The notes below the pieces were generated by a model, which was not told where the DNA came from, ran no database searches, and saw nothing but the letters and a program-made list of their open reading frames with translations. From an uncultured bacterium (GTDB taxonomy: Bacteria > Babelota > Babeliae > Babelales > Babelaceae), in assembly GCA_963824495.1 (NCBI GenBank), contig CAWGPQ010000017.1, positions 64,001-128,000 on the forward strand: DNA of 64,000 bases, in the 5' to 3' direction. Below are positions 27,634 to 37,072 of the stretch, piece by piece; the first letter of the stretch is position 1; each line of letters opens with the position of its first letter. A program made the position numbers and the translations under genes.

Positions 27634-28617
27634 TTAAGAAGTTGTTTCAGCTTGAGCTTTTCCCATAAGGTAGCTTATGATATGGCGCATAATGTTCTTT
27701 TCAGGTAAAAGAGGCAAAATCTTGTCGAGCTTATTATCGCGTCCTGCTTTCGATACCATGCTCACTTGCGTTGAGGGAATCATGCGGTCAAATACAGCAA
27801 GTACATTCTGGTGGTCAAGTTTATAAGCAAGTCCCCAAGCTGTGTAACCATCATTATTATGAATATCAGCACGAAATCGACGGGCTATGAAAAGTTCGAC
27901 AGCTTCAGCATGATCCTTTAATGCAGCAAGATGAAGCAATGTATTTTTATGGTCGTCTCTTTTACTTATGAGAGCACCATGATCTAAAAGTGCCTCGATA
28001 ATTGCTTTATGACCAGACAACGTAGCCCACTGCAACGGCGTTATGCTCAATTTTCCATCTATTTCTGAAAAACATTTGGGCGTAACGCCTTTTAGAAGCT
28101 CTGTCACACGATTGCTATCGCCAACAAGAGATGCAGCATCGAGAGGTGAATACTTGTCTTGCTCCAAAGTTTTACAAACCAGTTCACGTTCTTCTTTAGA
28201 CAGCATAACAGGATGATGTAAGAGTGTAAGAAGAGATGATATTCGGGGCGATGGTGAGCAGAGCCAGTGTATAAGCGAACAATCTGGGTCTTTAAAATGC
28301 TTAAGATTAGCACCATGAGCAATGAGCAGTGTGACAATATGTGGGCTATTATTAAGAGCAGCCCATGTCAAAGGGGTGTGACCCGTTTTGGAATTATGAC
28401 AGTTAACATCGGCTCCCGCCTCCAAAAGTGATGTTATTGTCTCCCTATCTGGTTGCATGGCGATGGTATCAAGTAATGCATTGTTAAGTTCTTGCTGAAT
28501 CTCAGGTAAAATCTCTAGTGCTCTATTAGTTGTAACTTGCATACAAGAGAGAGAAAGAGTGCAAGTAAAAATGCTCAAGTTTAGTAGTGATGTAGGTGAC
28601 AGTAAAACGCTCTCCAT
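27634..28617 (-). CDS. Ankyrin-repeat protein with C-terminal F-box-like motif
   Basis: GHTPLTWAA, ITPLQWA, NTLLHLAA; ends LPEKNIMRHIISYL. Confidence 0.9.
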   Translation of the reverse strand: MESVLLSPTSLLNLSIFTCTLSLSCMQVTTNRALEILPEIQQELNNALLDTIAMQPDRETITSLLEAGADVNCHNSKTGHTPLTWAALNNSPHIVTLLIAHGANLKHFKDPDCSLIHWLCSPSPRISSLLTLLHHPVMLSKEERELVCKTLEQDKYSPLDAASLVGDSNRVTELLKGVTPKCFSEIDGKLSITPLQWATLSGHKAIIEALLDHGALISKRDDHKNTLLHLAALKDHAEAVELFIARRFRADIHNNDGYTAWGLAYKLDHQNVLAVFDRMIPSTQVSMVSKAGRDNKLDKILPLLPEKNIMRHIISYLMGKAQAETTS

Positions 28618-28982
28618 AGATAACTAAGACCCCGCATAAACAACATGGCAATAATAAATTTTTCCAATAGTAACAAAAATTTAAGAATTAATCAACATCT
28701 TTAAAAATAATAACATATTAGATATTATTTAGTGATATGCAGCTACTCTCAAGCTTTTTTAACTTGTCTTTTAACTTCTCTAGTATTATTTCTATTGACA
28801 TTCACATGGCTTAAAAGCTAGAGATTCTTGTTTTGTAGGGTGACCGAATTCAGATCTCTATCTATCTCTATGCCGCATTCTTTACAAGTGTAAGTACGTA
28901 CCGATAAAGGCATGTCTTGAACATTCTTACAAGCTGAACACATCTTAGTCGTTGGCCGGTAACGATTAATCATAGCAAAATG

Positions 28983-29016
28983 GCCTACTCCGCCATAGTT
29001 GCCACGAAGGCCGGGC
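28983..29016. repeat. Short palindromic insertion 1 (34 bp) in tnpB
   Basis: Minus strand GCCCGGCCTTCGTGGCAACTATGGCGGAGTAGGC; removal restores WYGK-HF. Confidence 0.75.
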
Positions 29017-29090
29017 TTTACCATACCATTGGCACTTGTACCGTAACATATCAACGAATATGCTCCATCCAGCATCACTTATAGACTGTG

Positions 29091-29159
29091 GCCTACTCCG
29101 CCATAACAGCCTTCAAGATCTTCATAGTTTTAACGAAGAAGATGGCTATGAAGGCCGGA
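29091..29159. repeat. Short palindromic insertion 2 (69 bp, apparently nested) in tnpB
   Basis: Shares ends CCGGCCTTC and TATGGCGGAGTAGGC with insertion 1; removal restores RNRYVAQSISDAGW. Confidence 0.75.
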
Positions 29160-29331
29160 CTACATATCTATTACGAATCGTGCTTTTAACGTCGAGATTC
29201 TCTACAACAATAACGTCGTGGTTTTTGACGATTTTGCTTGATGCTTTATGAAGAAAATCTTTTCTCTTATTTCTAATATATCTATGACAGTCACCAACAC
29301 GGTTGACTGCTTTCTTTCCGTTATTGCTGCC

Positions 29332-29361
29332 CTTGGCCGTCGTAGCCTTTGGCGAAGTCGG
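29332..29361. repeat. Short palindromic in-frame insertion 3 (about 30 bp) in tnpB
   Basis: Minus strand CCGACTTCGCCAAAGGCTACGACGG flanked by CCAAG direct repeats; adds PTSPKATTAK before GSNN. Confidence 0.7.
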
Positions 29362-30014
29362 CTTGGTTCGAGCATAAGCACGTTGAGATAGAGCTAATTT
29401 ATTTAAACTACTTTTAAGGAAAGCAGGATTTTCAATAACGTCACCGGTAGACATAACGGCAAAGCGATTAATACCCAAATCTATACCAACAGCGTTATGT
29501 GCAGAGATAGCTACAGGCTGTATGTCAGACATAACACTACAAGCAAGATGAATGTGCCAATGCTTGCCATCTCTTTTTATCGTGGCCTGTTTAATGTTTC
29601 CCTCAACAGGGCGAGAGTTTCTATAGCGTATCCATCCTATTTTGGGCAAATAGACTTTATCGTTAGCACATTCAATATATTGAGGATATCTGAAAGAATC
29701 TTTAATGCCCTTCTTTTAAAACGAGGAAAGCCAAATTTATTCTTTGCCTTACGTGCTTTAAAAAAGCTCTTAATTCCTCGCTCTAGATCTTTAAGAGAGT
29801 GCTGTAATACTTGAGAATGAGGTTCAGCAAGCCAAAAGGTATCGTCCAGCCTTCTTAAAAAGAGTGAGCTCACGAGCAAGATCAGTATAAAATGGTACGC
29901 TGAGCATGTAAAGCTTCTTTAATACAAGCATTGACGCAAAATATATTTTAGGGCAGTCTAGGCGTTGCTAACCAAGGGCAAACTCTACACCGTTACACAC
30001 CAGTCGAGGAAACC

Positions 30015-31397
30015 ATGAACAGGTTACACATACCGGCTATTCTGGCTTGGATTAGCCTATGTACTGTAGCAACTACTTATAGCGGGAGCTTTAAAGAACG
30101 AGAACTACTTCGGGACATGCATATAAACGTTAGTGCAGCTGATGACTGGATAGATAAACTGAATGCTCGAGGAGCTCTTGCTCAGCCTCGCGATGCATCA
30201 GTATTACCCACGCCATATCGCATGATCCCTTTGTTTAAGCAGTATCCCGAGCTGCAGAAAAATCTCCCCTATATTTCTCTAGGAGATCTGCCAACTCCCA
30301 TTCACAGGCTTGAAAAGCTTAGTGCGCTTGTTGGCGCACCACATCTTTATATCAAGCGTGATGACGTAAGTGGTGCAAAAAGCTTTGATACCGGTCATAT
30401 ATACGGCGGCAACAAAGTTCGCAAGCTTGAGTTTCTTTTGGCTGAAGCTCTCGCTCATGGAGCACAAACAGTTATAACGTTTGGTGCAGCCGGATCAAAT
30501 CATGCGCTAGCTACCTCAATATACGCTCAGCAACTTGGCCTTAAGGCCATATGTATGCTTATGCCTCAAGCATGTTCTTACGGTGTGCGCAATAACTTAC
30601 TTATGCATGTGAAACACAACACACAGCTCGAGCATTATCTTGACGGCAACATGCGTAAAATCGGAACCATATGCGCTTGGTTACATGAATATCATGAGCA
30701 TGGTAGCTTTCCCTATATTATACCAACAGGAGGCTCATCAGCTTTGGGTGCCGTTGGATTTGTAAATGCTGCTTTTGAATTAAAAGAACAAATTACGGCA
30801 GGTGGGCTACCTGAGCCTGATCTTATCTATGTCCCTTGCGGCAGTATGGGAACAGCAGCTGGTTTAGTTCTAGGTTGCAAAGCGGCAGGTCTATCCTCAC
30901 GTATAGTTGCCATTCTCGTCGAGCCTGTACATGAAGATCAATGTATAAAGAAATTTAAGAAGCTTTTTGATGCCACCGTTGAGCTCTTGCGAACGTTAGA
31001 TGCATCGTTTCCAGCGTACACGCTGCTGTATGATGATATTATTTTTAATTATAATTTTTATGGTCCTCGCTATGCTGTATTTACGCCAGAGGGTATGCAG
31101 GCTCGTGCATTGGTCAAAGAAACAGAAAATATTACGCTGGATGGTACGTATACAGCAAAAGCATGCGCTGCTCTACTTGACGATATACGCAAGGGTTCGA
31201 CAGCTCATAAAGTCGTTCTTTTTTGGGATACCTACTGTGGTATTGATTATTCACAGTACCTTACCCTCGTGAAGTACGATCAGCTGCCCTGGTGCTTTTA
31301 TGACTACTTTGAACATGAAGTTCAAGCGTTAGATCAGATGCTACCAGATTTGTCTGCCCAAGTTCAAAAAACTTCACAAGAAATTCTAAGTAGCTAA
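30015..31397 (+). CDS. PLP enzyme, D-cysteine desulfhydrase/ACC deaminase family, with N-terminal signal-like extension
   Basis: YIKRDD, GGNKVRKLE, SNHA, PTGGSS..GAVG, GSMGTAAG, LDGTYTAK. Confidence 0.9.
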   Translation: MNRLHIPAILAWISLCTVATTYSGSFKERELLRDMHINVSAADDWIDKLNARGALAQPRDASVLPTPYRMIPLFKQYPELQKNLPYISLGDLPTPIHRLEKLSALVGAPHLYIKRDDVSGAKSFDTGHIYGGNKVRKLEFLLAEALAHGAQTVITFGAAGSNHALATSIYAQQLGLKAICMLMPQACSYGVRNNLLMHVKHNTQLEHYLDGNMRKIGTICAWLHEYHEHGSFPYIIPTGGSSALGAVGFVNAAFELKEQITAGGLPEPDLIYVPCGSMGTAAGLVLGCKAAGLSSRIVAILVEPVHEDQCIKKFKKLFDATVELLRTLDASFPAYTLLYDDIIFNYNFYGPRYAVFTPEGMQARALVKETENITLDGTYTAKACAALLDDIRKGSTAHKVVLFWDTYCGIDYSQYLTLVKYDQLPWCFYDYFEHEVQALDQMLPDLSAQVQKTSQEILSS

Positions 31398-31503
31398 TTG
31401 CTTGACTGGGAGCTTATCTTTACAAAAATTAAGAATCGCGCTACGCTAAAAATCTGTCTAGTAACCTCTTTGTAGTTATTGTTCTTCTGTTTGCGGAGAC
31501 TCT

Positions 31504-33477
31504 ATGCTTATACATACCCTTTATTATGCACTTGCGGCTGTGTCACTCGTAGGATTAGTTGCCGTTTGGGTGCTCATGCAGCGCATCCGTTCATTACCTG
31601 TTGATAACGAACGAGCACAATATATAGCACATGCCATTAGAATCGGTGCTCGAGAATTTTTACATCAAGAATATCGCATTATCTTCTTGGTTGTAGGCGT
31701 TATTGTTCTGCTCTTAATTGTATTGGCAAAACCATTGGCTGCGGTATGTTTTTTAGCTGGTTCTATTTTGTCATTGGCAACGGGATTTGTTGGCATGAGC
31801 GCAGCTACGTATGCCAATGTCCGCACAACCATGGCGGCACAACATTTAGGTGAACATGCAGCATTTCTTGTAGCTTTTGCTGGTGGCGGCGTCATGGGCC
31901 TTACCGTGGCGAGCGTTGGCCTTCTTGGATTAAGTACGCTTGTCCTCCTTACGTATGGCCGACCTGACATGGTATTGTTGCTAACAAGCTTTGCAGTAGG
32001 CGCTTCGCTTGTTGCCTTTTTTGCCCGTGTTGGCGGTGGTATTTATACTAAATCTGCTGATGTCGGTGCTGATTTAGTGGGAAAACTTGAAGTTGGAATT
32101 CCTGAGGATGATCCACGCAATCCAGCTGTTATAGCTGACAATGTAGGTGATTGCGTCGGTGACACTGCTGGTATGGGTGCAGATATCTATGAGTCTTATG
32201 TAAGCGCCATGGTATCAACGATCATTTTGGCTATGACAAGCTATAGTAGTAATTTGGCATATGTAACACTACCACTTGTTATATCCGGCTTTGGTCTTGT
32301 GGGTTCACTTGTAGCATTTCTTGCAACATTTTTGCTTAAGGCTCATCCAGCAACACTCTTGCGCAATTCAACCTATATGGCTATCATAGCACTGGTTAGC
32401 ATGTCATACTGGTATCTCACCTGGATGCATTTAGACTTTGCTTTATTTTGGTCGATTCTTCTTGGTTGTGTTGCCGGTATTATTATCGGTCTTATTACTG
32501 AATATTATACAGGCGGAAGTCCTATTAAGCAGTTGGCCAAGATCTCTGAATCGGGTGCCGCAACTAATATTATTTACGGCCTATCGTTGGGTATGGCATC
32601 AACAGTTGCTCCTGTTATTCTGTTAAGCCTTATTGTATTAGGCTCATATACCTACGGTGGTGGCCTTTTTGGTGTTGCTCTTGCAGCGGTTGCCATGTTA
32701 GCAACTGTAGGCATCACAATGACAGTTGATGCATATGGCCCTATTGCTGATAATGCCGGTGGCATTGCAGAAATGTCACATTTACCAAAATCGGTACGTG
32801 CTATAACCGACAAGTTAGATGCGCTGGGCAACACAACAGCTGCATTAGGCAAAGGGTTTGCTATTGGCTCAGCATTACTTGCTGCACTTGGCATATTTGC
32901 TGCCTATGGACAAGAGAGCAAAATTGCCGTACTTAATCTTGCTGATCCACTCGTGCTCGCTGGTGTATTTATCGGTGGCACCATGCCCTTCTTGATATCA
33001 TCATATGCCATGCGTGCTGTTGGTGACGCGGCACTTGCAATGGTTATGGAAGTACGACGTCAATTTAGAGAAATTCCGGGGCTTTTGGAGGGAAAAGCAG
33101 ACCCAGATTACAAGCGCTGCATTGGTATCGCTACGCAAGCATCGTTACGCCACATGATTGTACCGGGTATTATAACAGCATCTGTACCCTGTATTATCAT
33201 GTTTACCTTGGGCAAATTTGCTCTTGGTGGGCTTCTTGTTGGGATTACGACCGTTGGTGTATTACTCGCGCTTATGATGGCAAATGGTGGTGGCGCTTGG
33301 GATAATGCTAAGAAATATATTGAAGCTGGTCATTTTGGTGGCAAGGGTTCAGCTGCGCATAGAGCTGCCGTTGTTGGCGACACAGTCGGTGATCCGTTTA
33401 AAGATACAGCAGGCCCTGCTCTTAATATTCTTATCAAGCTTATGTCGATGATTGCACTCTTGCTTGTAGCATTTTAG
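31504..33477 (+). CDS. hppA: Membrane-bound ion-translocating pyrophosphatase, K+-dependent type
   Basis: [50 protein letters not shown]. Confidence 0.96.
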   Translation: MLIHTLYYALAAVSLVGLVAVWVLMQRIRSLPVDNERAQYIAHAIRIGAREFLHQEYRIIFLVVGVIVLLLIVLAKPLAAVCFLAGSILSLATGFVGMSAATYANVRTTMAAQHLGEHAAFLVAFAGGGVMGLTVASVGLLGLSTLVLLTYGRPDMVLLLTSFAVGASLVAFFARVGGGIYTKSADVGADLVGKLEVGIPEDDPRNPAVIADNVGDCVGDTAGMGADIYESYVSAMVSTIILAMTSYSSNLAYVTLPLVISGFGLVGSLVAFLATFLLKAHPATLLRNSTYMAIIALVSMSYWYLTWMHLDFALFWSILLGCVAGIIIGLITEYYTGGSPIKQLAKISESGAATNIIYGLSLGMASTVAPVILLSLIVLGSYTYGGGLFGVALAAVAMLATVGITMTVDAYGPIADNAGGIAEMSHLPKSVRAITDKLDALGNTTAALGKGFAIGSALLAALGIFAAYGQESKIAVLNLADPLVLAGVFIGGTMPFLISSYAMRAVGDAALAMVMEVRRQFREIPGLLEGKADPDYKRCIGIATQASLRHMIVPGIITASVPCIIMFTLGKFALGGLLVGITTVGVLLALMMANGGGAWDNAKKYIEAGHFGGKGSAAHRAAVVGDTVGDPFKDTAGPALNILIKLMSMIALLLVAF

Positions 33478-33491
33478 CTATCAAGATATAA

Positions 33492-33533
33492 AACAAAGAA
33501 AAGGCACGATATATATCGTGCCTTTTCTTTGTT
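33492..33533. terminator. Bidirectional intrinsic terminator
   Basis: AACAAAGAAAAGGCACGAT-ATAT-ATCGTGCCTTTTCTTTGTT between convergent genes. Confidence 0.8.
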
Positions 33534-33545
33534 GTTCTTTAATTA

Positions 33546-34238
33546 TTATTTACTAATAGTGCGCGTTGTCTTCGATTTAGGAGTGCTTGACGCACATGGG
33601 CCACATGGCTCTGGAGCACGACGTCTTTTGCCTTCTCCATTCCTGCCCTTTCCTCGCTGAGGTTCTTCTCTTTTTTCTTGCTCACGTGGAAGTCCAAGAA
33701 ATGTTCGCACATGCTTCTTAAAACCTTCATATTCAAATGAACCACGTTTTTTGTCAACAATAGTACCTTTTTTGACATATACTGTTGTCGGGAAAGCCTC
33801 AATACCATTCAATTCTTTTATAACAAATTTTCTAAAGTCTTCATTAAGTTCTGGATTTAATGAATAGAAATCAGCATCTTCACCGTATTCGGAGGCAACA
33901 CGGCTAAATGGTTCTTTATACATTTTGCAAGCTTCACACCAGGTGGTCCAAATATCAATAATTACTGGTTTATCGCTTTCAAGAGCCTGCTTGTAGTCAC
34001 CTGCTGTTTTGATTTCTTGTACGCCACCATGTTGTCGTTTTTTAGGCATAGTTTGTGCTGATGCTGGAGCTGATGGACGATCAAAATCATCATCGTAAAG
34101 TTCAGTGCTCTTATCAGCGTAACGACCTTGAAGCGAACATATCATCAATAGACCAATTGGTAGTGCAAGCGCTGTGCGATACGCATAAAGCTTTTTTTTG
34201 GTCACAGTCATAGTACAGTCCCCCCTTATTTGAGACAT
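33546..34238 (-). CDS. Exported thioredoxin-domain protein
   Basis: DIWTTWCEACK, AFPT cis-Pro loop, signal peptide, basic tail with CGPC. Confidence 0.85.
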   Translation of the reverse strand: MSQIRGDCTMTVTKKKLYAYRTALALPIGLLMICSLQGRYADKSTELYDDDFDRPSAPASAQTMPKKRQHGGVQEIKTAGDYKQALESDKPVIIDIWTTWCEACKMYKEPFSRVASEYGEDADFYSLNPELNEDFRKFVIKELNGIEAFPTTVYVKKGTIVDKKRGSFEYEGFKKHVRTFLGLPREQEKREEPQRGKGRNGEGKRRRAPEPCGPCASSTPKSKTTRTISK

Positions 34239-34518
34239 ATTAATAAAAAACTATCTGCTTTTAGCATACTCTGGGATATAGGGGGCTTGTCAAGCGCTCA
34301 AAATATCTTATATAACTGAAATTATAAGCGGTATTACTCAGTAAAAAATTTAAGAATACTTTTTGTTATAAAAAAGCGTAATTTTGTTTGATTCTCTAAG
34401 GCTAAACTGCTACCATAGATACATGCCCATGCACTCTTTATTTTTACCAGCTGAAAATTTTAGCAAATTATTACAAGCGATAGACAAGATATAACGATTC
34501 GCTCGAGGAAAGTTTTTT

Positions 34519-37038
34519 GTGTCTGAGATTACTCATGAGGATACCATGGAATTACAAAATCATCTAACGAGACAGCAGCCCAACAACCTGCATGCGGAGC
34601 CCTGCCGGATTACGAGGATTATTAAGCGGAGTGGGCATGTTGTTGAATTTAGTGCTGAAAAAGTTCATGCAAGTATTGCTCGTGCTTGCCAAGGATACGA
34701 GCAGGTAGTATCGGTAGACATAATTGTTCAGGAAATTATGCGGACGATATTTGATGGTATATCGACGAGTGATCTGGAAAAGGCTTATTATATGGCAGCA
34801 GCAGCCTTTATGGAGCGTGATCCTGCCTATGATAAAGTAGCTACACGTTTGCTCCTCAATAAGTTAGCACAAGAAGTTGCTGAAACCATAGAAGCTGATA
34901 CTATACCCGAATTTCTCCCCATTCAGGCATTTATTAAAATGATTCGAAAGGGCATGCATCTTGGCCTCTTGCATGAAACTATGGGTTCATATGATCTTGA
35001 GTATTTGGCAGAATATTTAAAGCCAGAACGTGACCAATTACTGAGCTATATGGGGCTCTATACGCTTAATGAACGTTATTTTCTTAAGCATCAAGGCCAG
35101 CGACTTGAGCTTCCTCAAGTATTCTGGATGCGTATCGCTATGGGCTTGGCGCTTAATGAGCCAGATAAAAATAATAAAGCGGTAGAATTTTATGAACTGC
35201 TTTCAACATTACGCTATGTTCCTTCAACACCGACGCTTTTTCACGCAGGATTTCCCCGAGCACAATTAAGCTCTTGCTATCTCAATGTAGTACAAGATGA
35301 TCTTGGACATATTTTTAAATGCATGGGTGATAACGCTCAATTATCAAAATGGGCTGGTGGTATTGGTACCTCATGGACAAATATTCGAGCAACAGGTGCT
35401 TTTATTAAAGGCATTAAAGCCACAAGTCAGGGAGTTGTGCCCTACCTAAAAATTGCCAATGATGTGGTTGTCGCTATTACCAGAAGTGGCATACGTCGTG
35501 GAGGTGCCTGTGTCTATTTAGAAGTATGGCATTTTGATATTGAAGACTTTTTAGATTTACGACGCAATACTGGCGATGAGCGACGTCGTACCCATGATTT
35601 GAACACGGCAAATTGGATTCCCGATCTGTTTATGAAGCGTGTACTAGAAGACAAACAATGGACACTTTTTTCACCAGAAGGGGTGGCCGATTTAGCTGAA
35701 CTCTCTGGCAAAGCTTTTGAAAGCCGTTATGAGTATTACGAAGAACAAGCCCGCAAGGGACAGATTACGCTCTATCGAGAAATTTCAGCAAAACAACTCT
35801 GGCGCAAGATGCTCACACGTCTCTTTGAAACGGGACATCCGTGGATAACGTTTAAAGATCCTTGCAATATTCGATCACCGCAAGATCATGCTGGCTTTAT
35901 TCATAACTCTAATTTATGTACCGAAATTACCCTTAATACATCATCTGAAGAAACAGCAGTATGTAACTTAGGTTCTATTAATCTGGCATGCCATATTACC
36001 AACACAGGCCAGCTCGATGACAGCTTGCTCAAAGATACCATAACCAAAGCTGTTCGTATGCTTGATAATATTATCGATCTTAACTTTTATCCAACGGTCG
36101 AGGCGCAAACATCGAATATGCGCCATCGTCCTGTCGGTCTTGGGCTTATGGGTTTTCAGGATGCACTCTTTAAGAGTAATATCTCTTTTGCTTGTGAACA
36201 GGCACGTGAATTTGCCGATCAGTCTATGGAGAAAATAGCGTATTATGCGATCGAGGCTTCATGCAAGCTTGCAGAAGAACGTGGTGCCTATAGCTCATAC
36301 AAAGGCTCTAAATGGGATCGGGGTATATTCCCTCTTGATACTATTGATCTCCTCGAGAATGAACGTGGTATGCGTATCGATGTGTCTCGTACTGCTCGAC
36401 TTGATTGGCAATCTCTTAAAACTCGTGTGAAGCAGCATGGCATGCGCAACTCAAACGTTATGGCCATCGCACCAACAGCAACCATTGCGACGATAGCAGG
36501 CTGCTATCCCTCTATTGAACCTATTTACAAGAATATCTACGTTAAATCAAACGTAAGCGGTGAATTTACGATTGTTAATAGCTACTTAGTCGAAGACTTA
36601 AAAAAACTTGGCCTCTGGAATCGGTCGATGCTTGATATGCTCAAGTATTATGACGGTGATCTTGCGTCTATTCCAACTATTCCTAACCACCTAAAAGATA
36701 CCTACAAAACAGCATTTGAGCTTGACCCTGAGTGGCTTATTAAGATTACTGCAGCACGAGGTAAATGGATAGATCAAAGCCAATCACATAATGTTTTTTT
36801 AAAGGGTGTCTCAGGACAAAAGCTGCATGATATTTACCTGCTTGCTTGGAAGTGTGGCCTCAAGACATGCTATTACTTACGCACGCTCGGTGCCTCACAA
36901 ATTGAAAAATCAACGCTTGATGCTAAAACTTTCGGTTATACCCAAAAACGCACCTATACTCCGGCTAACGAATCTTCTCGGACTGATCAGATTGAAGCGT
37001 GCTCATTAGAGGGAACTGACTGCGAATCATGTCAATAA
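34519..37038 (+). CDS. nrdA: Class I ribonucleotide reductase alpha subunit with ATP cone
   Basis: IIKRSG ATP cone, PSTPTL, LSSCY, SNLCTE, IAPTAT, CYYLR, C-terminal CESCQ. Confidence 0.97.
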   Translation: MSEITHEDTMELQNHLTRQQPNNLHAEPCRITRIIKRSGHVVEFSAEKVHASIARACQGYEQVVSVDIIVQEIMRTIFDGISTSDLEKAYYMAAAAFMERDPAYDKVATRLLLNKLAQEVAETIEADTIPEFLPIQAFIKMIRKGMHLGLLHETMGSYDLEYLAEYLKPERDQLLSYMGLYTLNERYFLKHQGQRLELPQVFWMRIAMGLALNEPDKNNKAVEFYELLSTLRYVPSTPTLFHAGFPRAQLSSCYLNVVQDDLGHIFKCMGDNAQLSKWAGGIGTSWTNIRATGAFIKGIKATSQGVVPYLKIANDVVVAITRSGIRRGGACVYLEVWHFDIEDFLDLRRNTGDERRRTHDLNTANWIPDLFMKRVLEDKQWTLFSPEGVADLAELSGKAFESRYEYYEEQARKGQITLYREISAKQLWRKMLTRLFETGHPWITFKDPCNIRSPQDHAGFIHNSNLCTEITLNTSSEETAVCNLGSINLACHITNTGQLDDSLLKDTITKAVRMLDNIIDLNFYPTVEAQTSNMRHRPVGLGLMGFQDALFKSNISFACEQAREFADQSMEKIAYYAIEASCKLAEERGAYSSYKGSKWDRGIFPLDTIDLLENERGMRIDVSRTARLDWQSLKTRVKQHGMRNSNVMAIAPTATIATIAGCYPSIEPIYKNIYVKSNVSGEFTIVNSYLVEDLKKLGLWNRSMLDMLKYYDGDLASIPTIPNHLKDTYKTAFELDPEWLIKITAARGKWIDQSQSHNVFLKGVSGQKLHDIYLLAWKCGLKTCYYLRTLGASQIEKSTLDAKTFGYTQKRTYTPANESSRTDQIEACSLEGTDCESCQ

Positions 37039-37072
37039 CATGTCAATAATCTAGTAACTTTTAGGAGAACCT

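Larger units (their letters stand above)
28818..29879 (-). mobile_element. tnpB: Degraded IS200/IS605-family tnpB; frameshifted, truncated, three short insertions
   Basis: GFPRFK, LPKIGW, VGIDLG (RuvC-I), IVVENL (RuvC-II), SISDAGW, CSAC...CKECG zinc finger, DRDLN (RuvC-III). Confidence 0.92.

Noticed and set aside
28818..29879. tnpB as an active RNA-guided nuclease or Cas12-like system
   Set aside because: Frameshifted, interrupted by insertions, missing the N-terminus and cut just after DRDLN; no tnpA, array or recognisable right end
34480..34497. Possible NrdR box upstream of nrdA
   Set aside because: Only a partial match to the palindromic consensus and no clear second box
34519..37038. 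Intein or intron in nrdA
   Set aside because: Continuous 839-aa ORF of normal length with no splicing or homing-endonuclease motifs seen
37028..37049. 11-bp tandem duplication CATGTCAATAA at the nrdA stop
   Set aside because: A simple local duplication that changes neither protein
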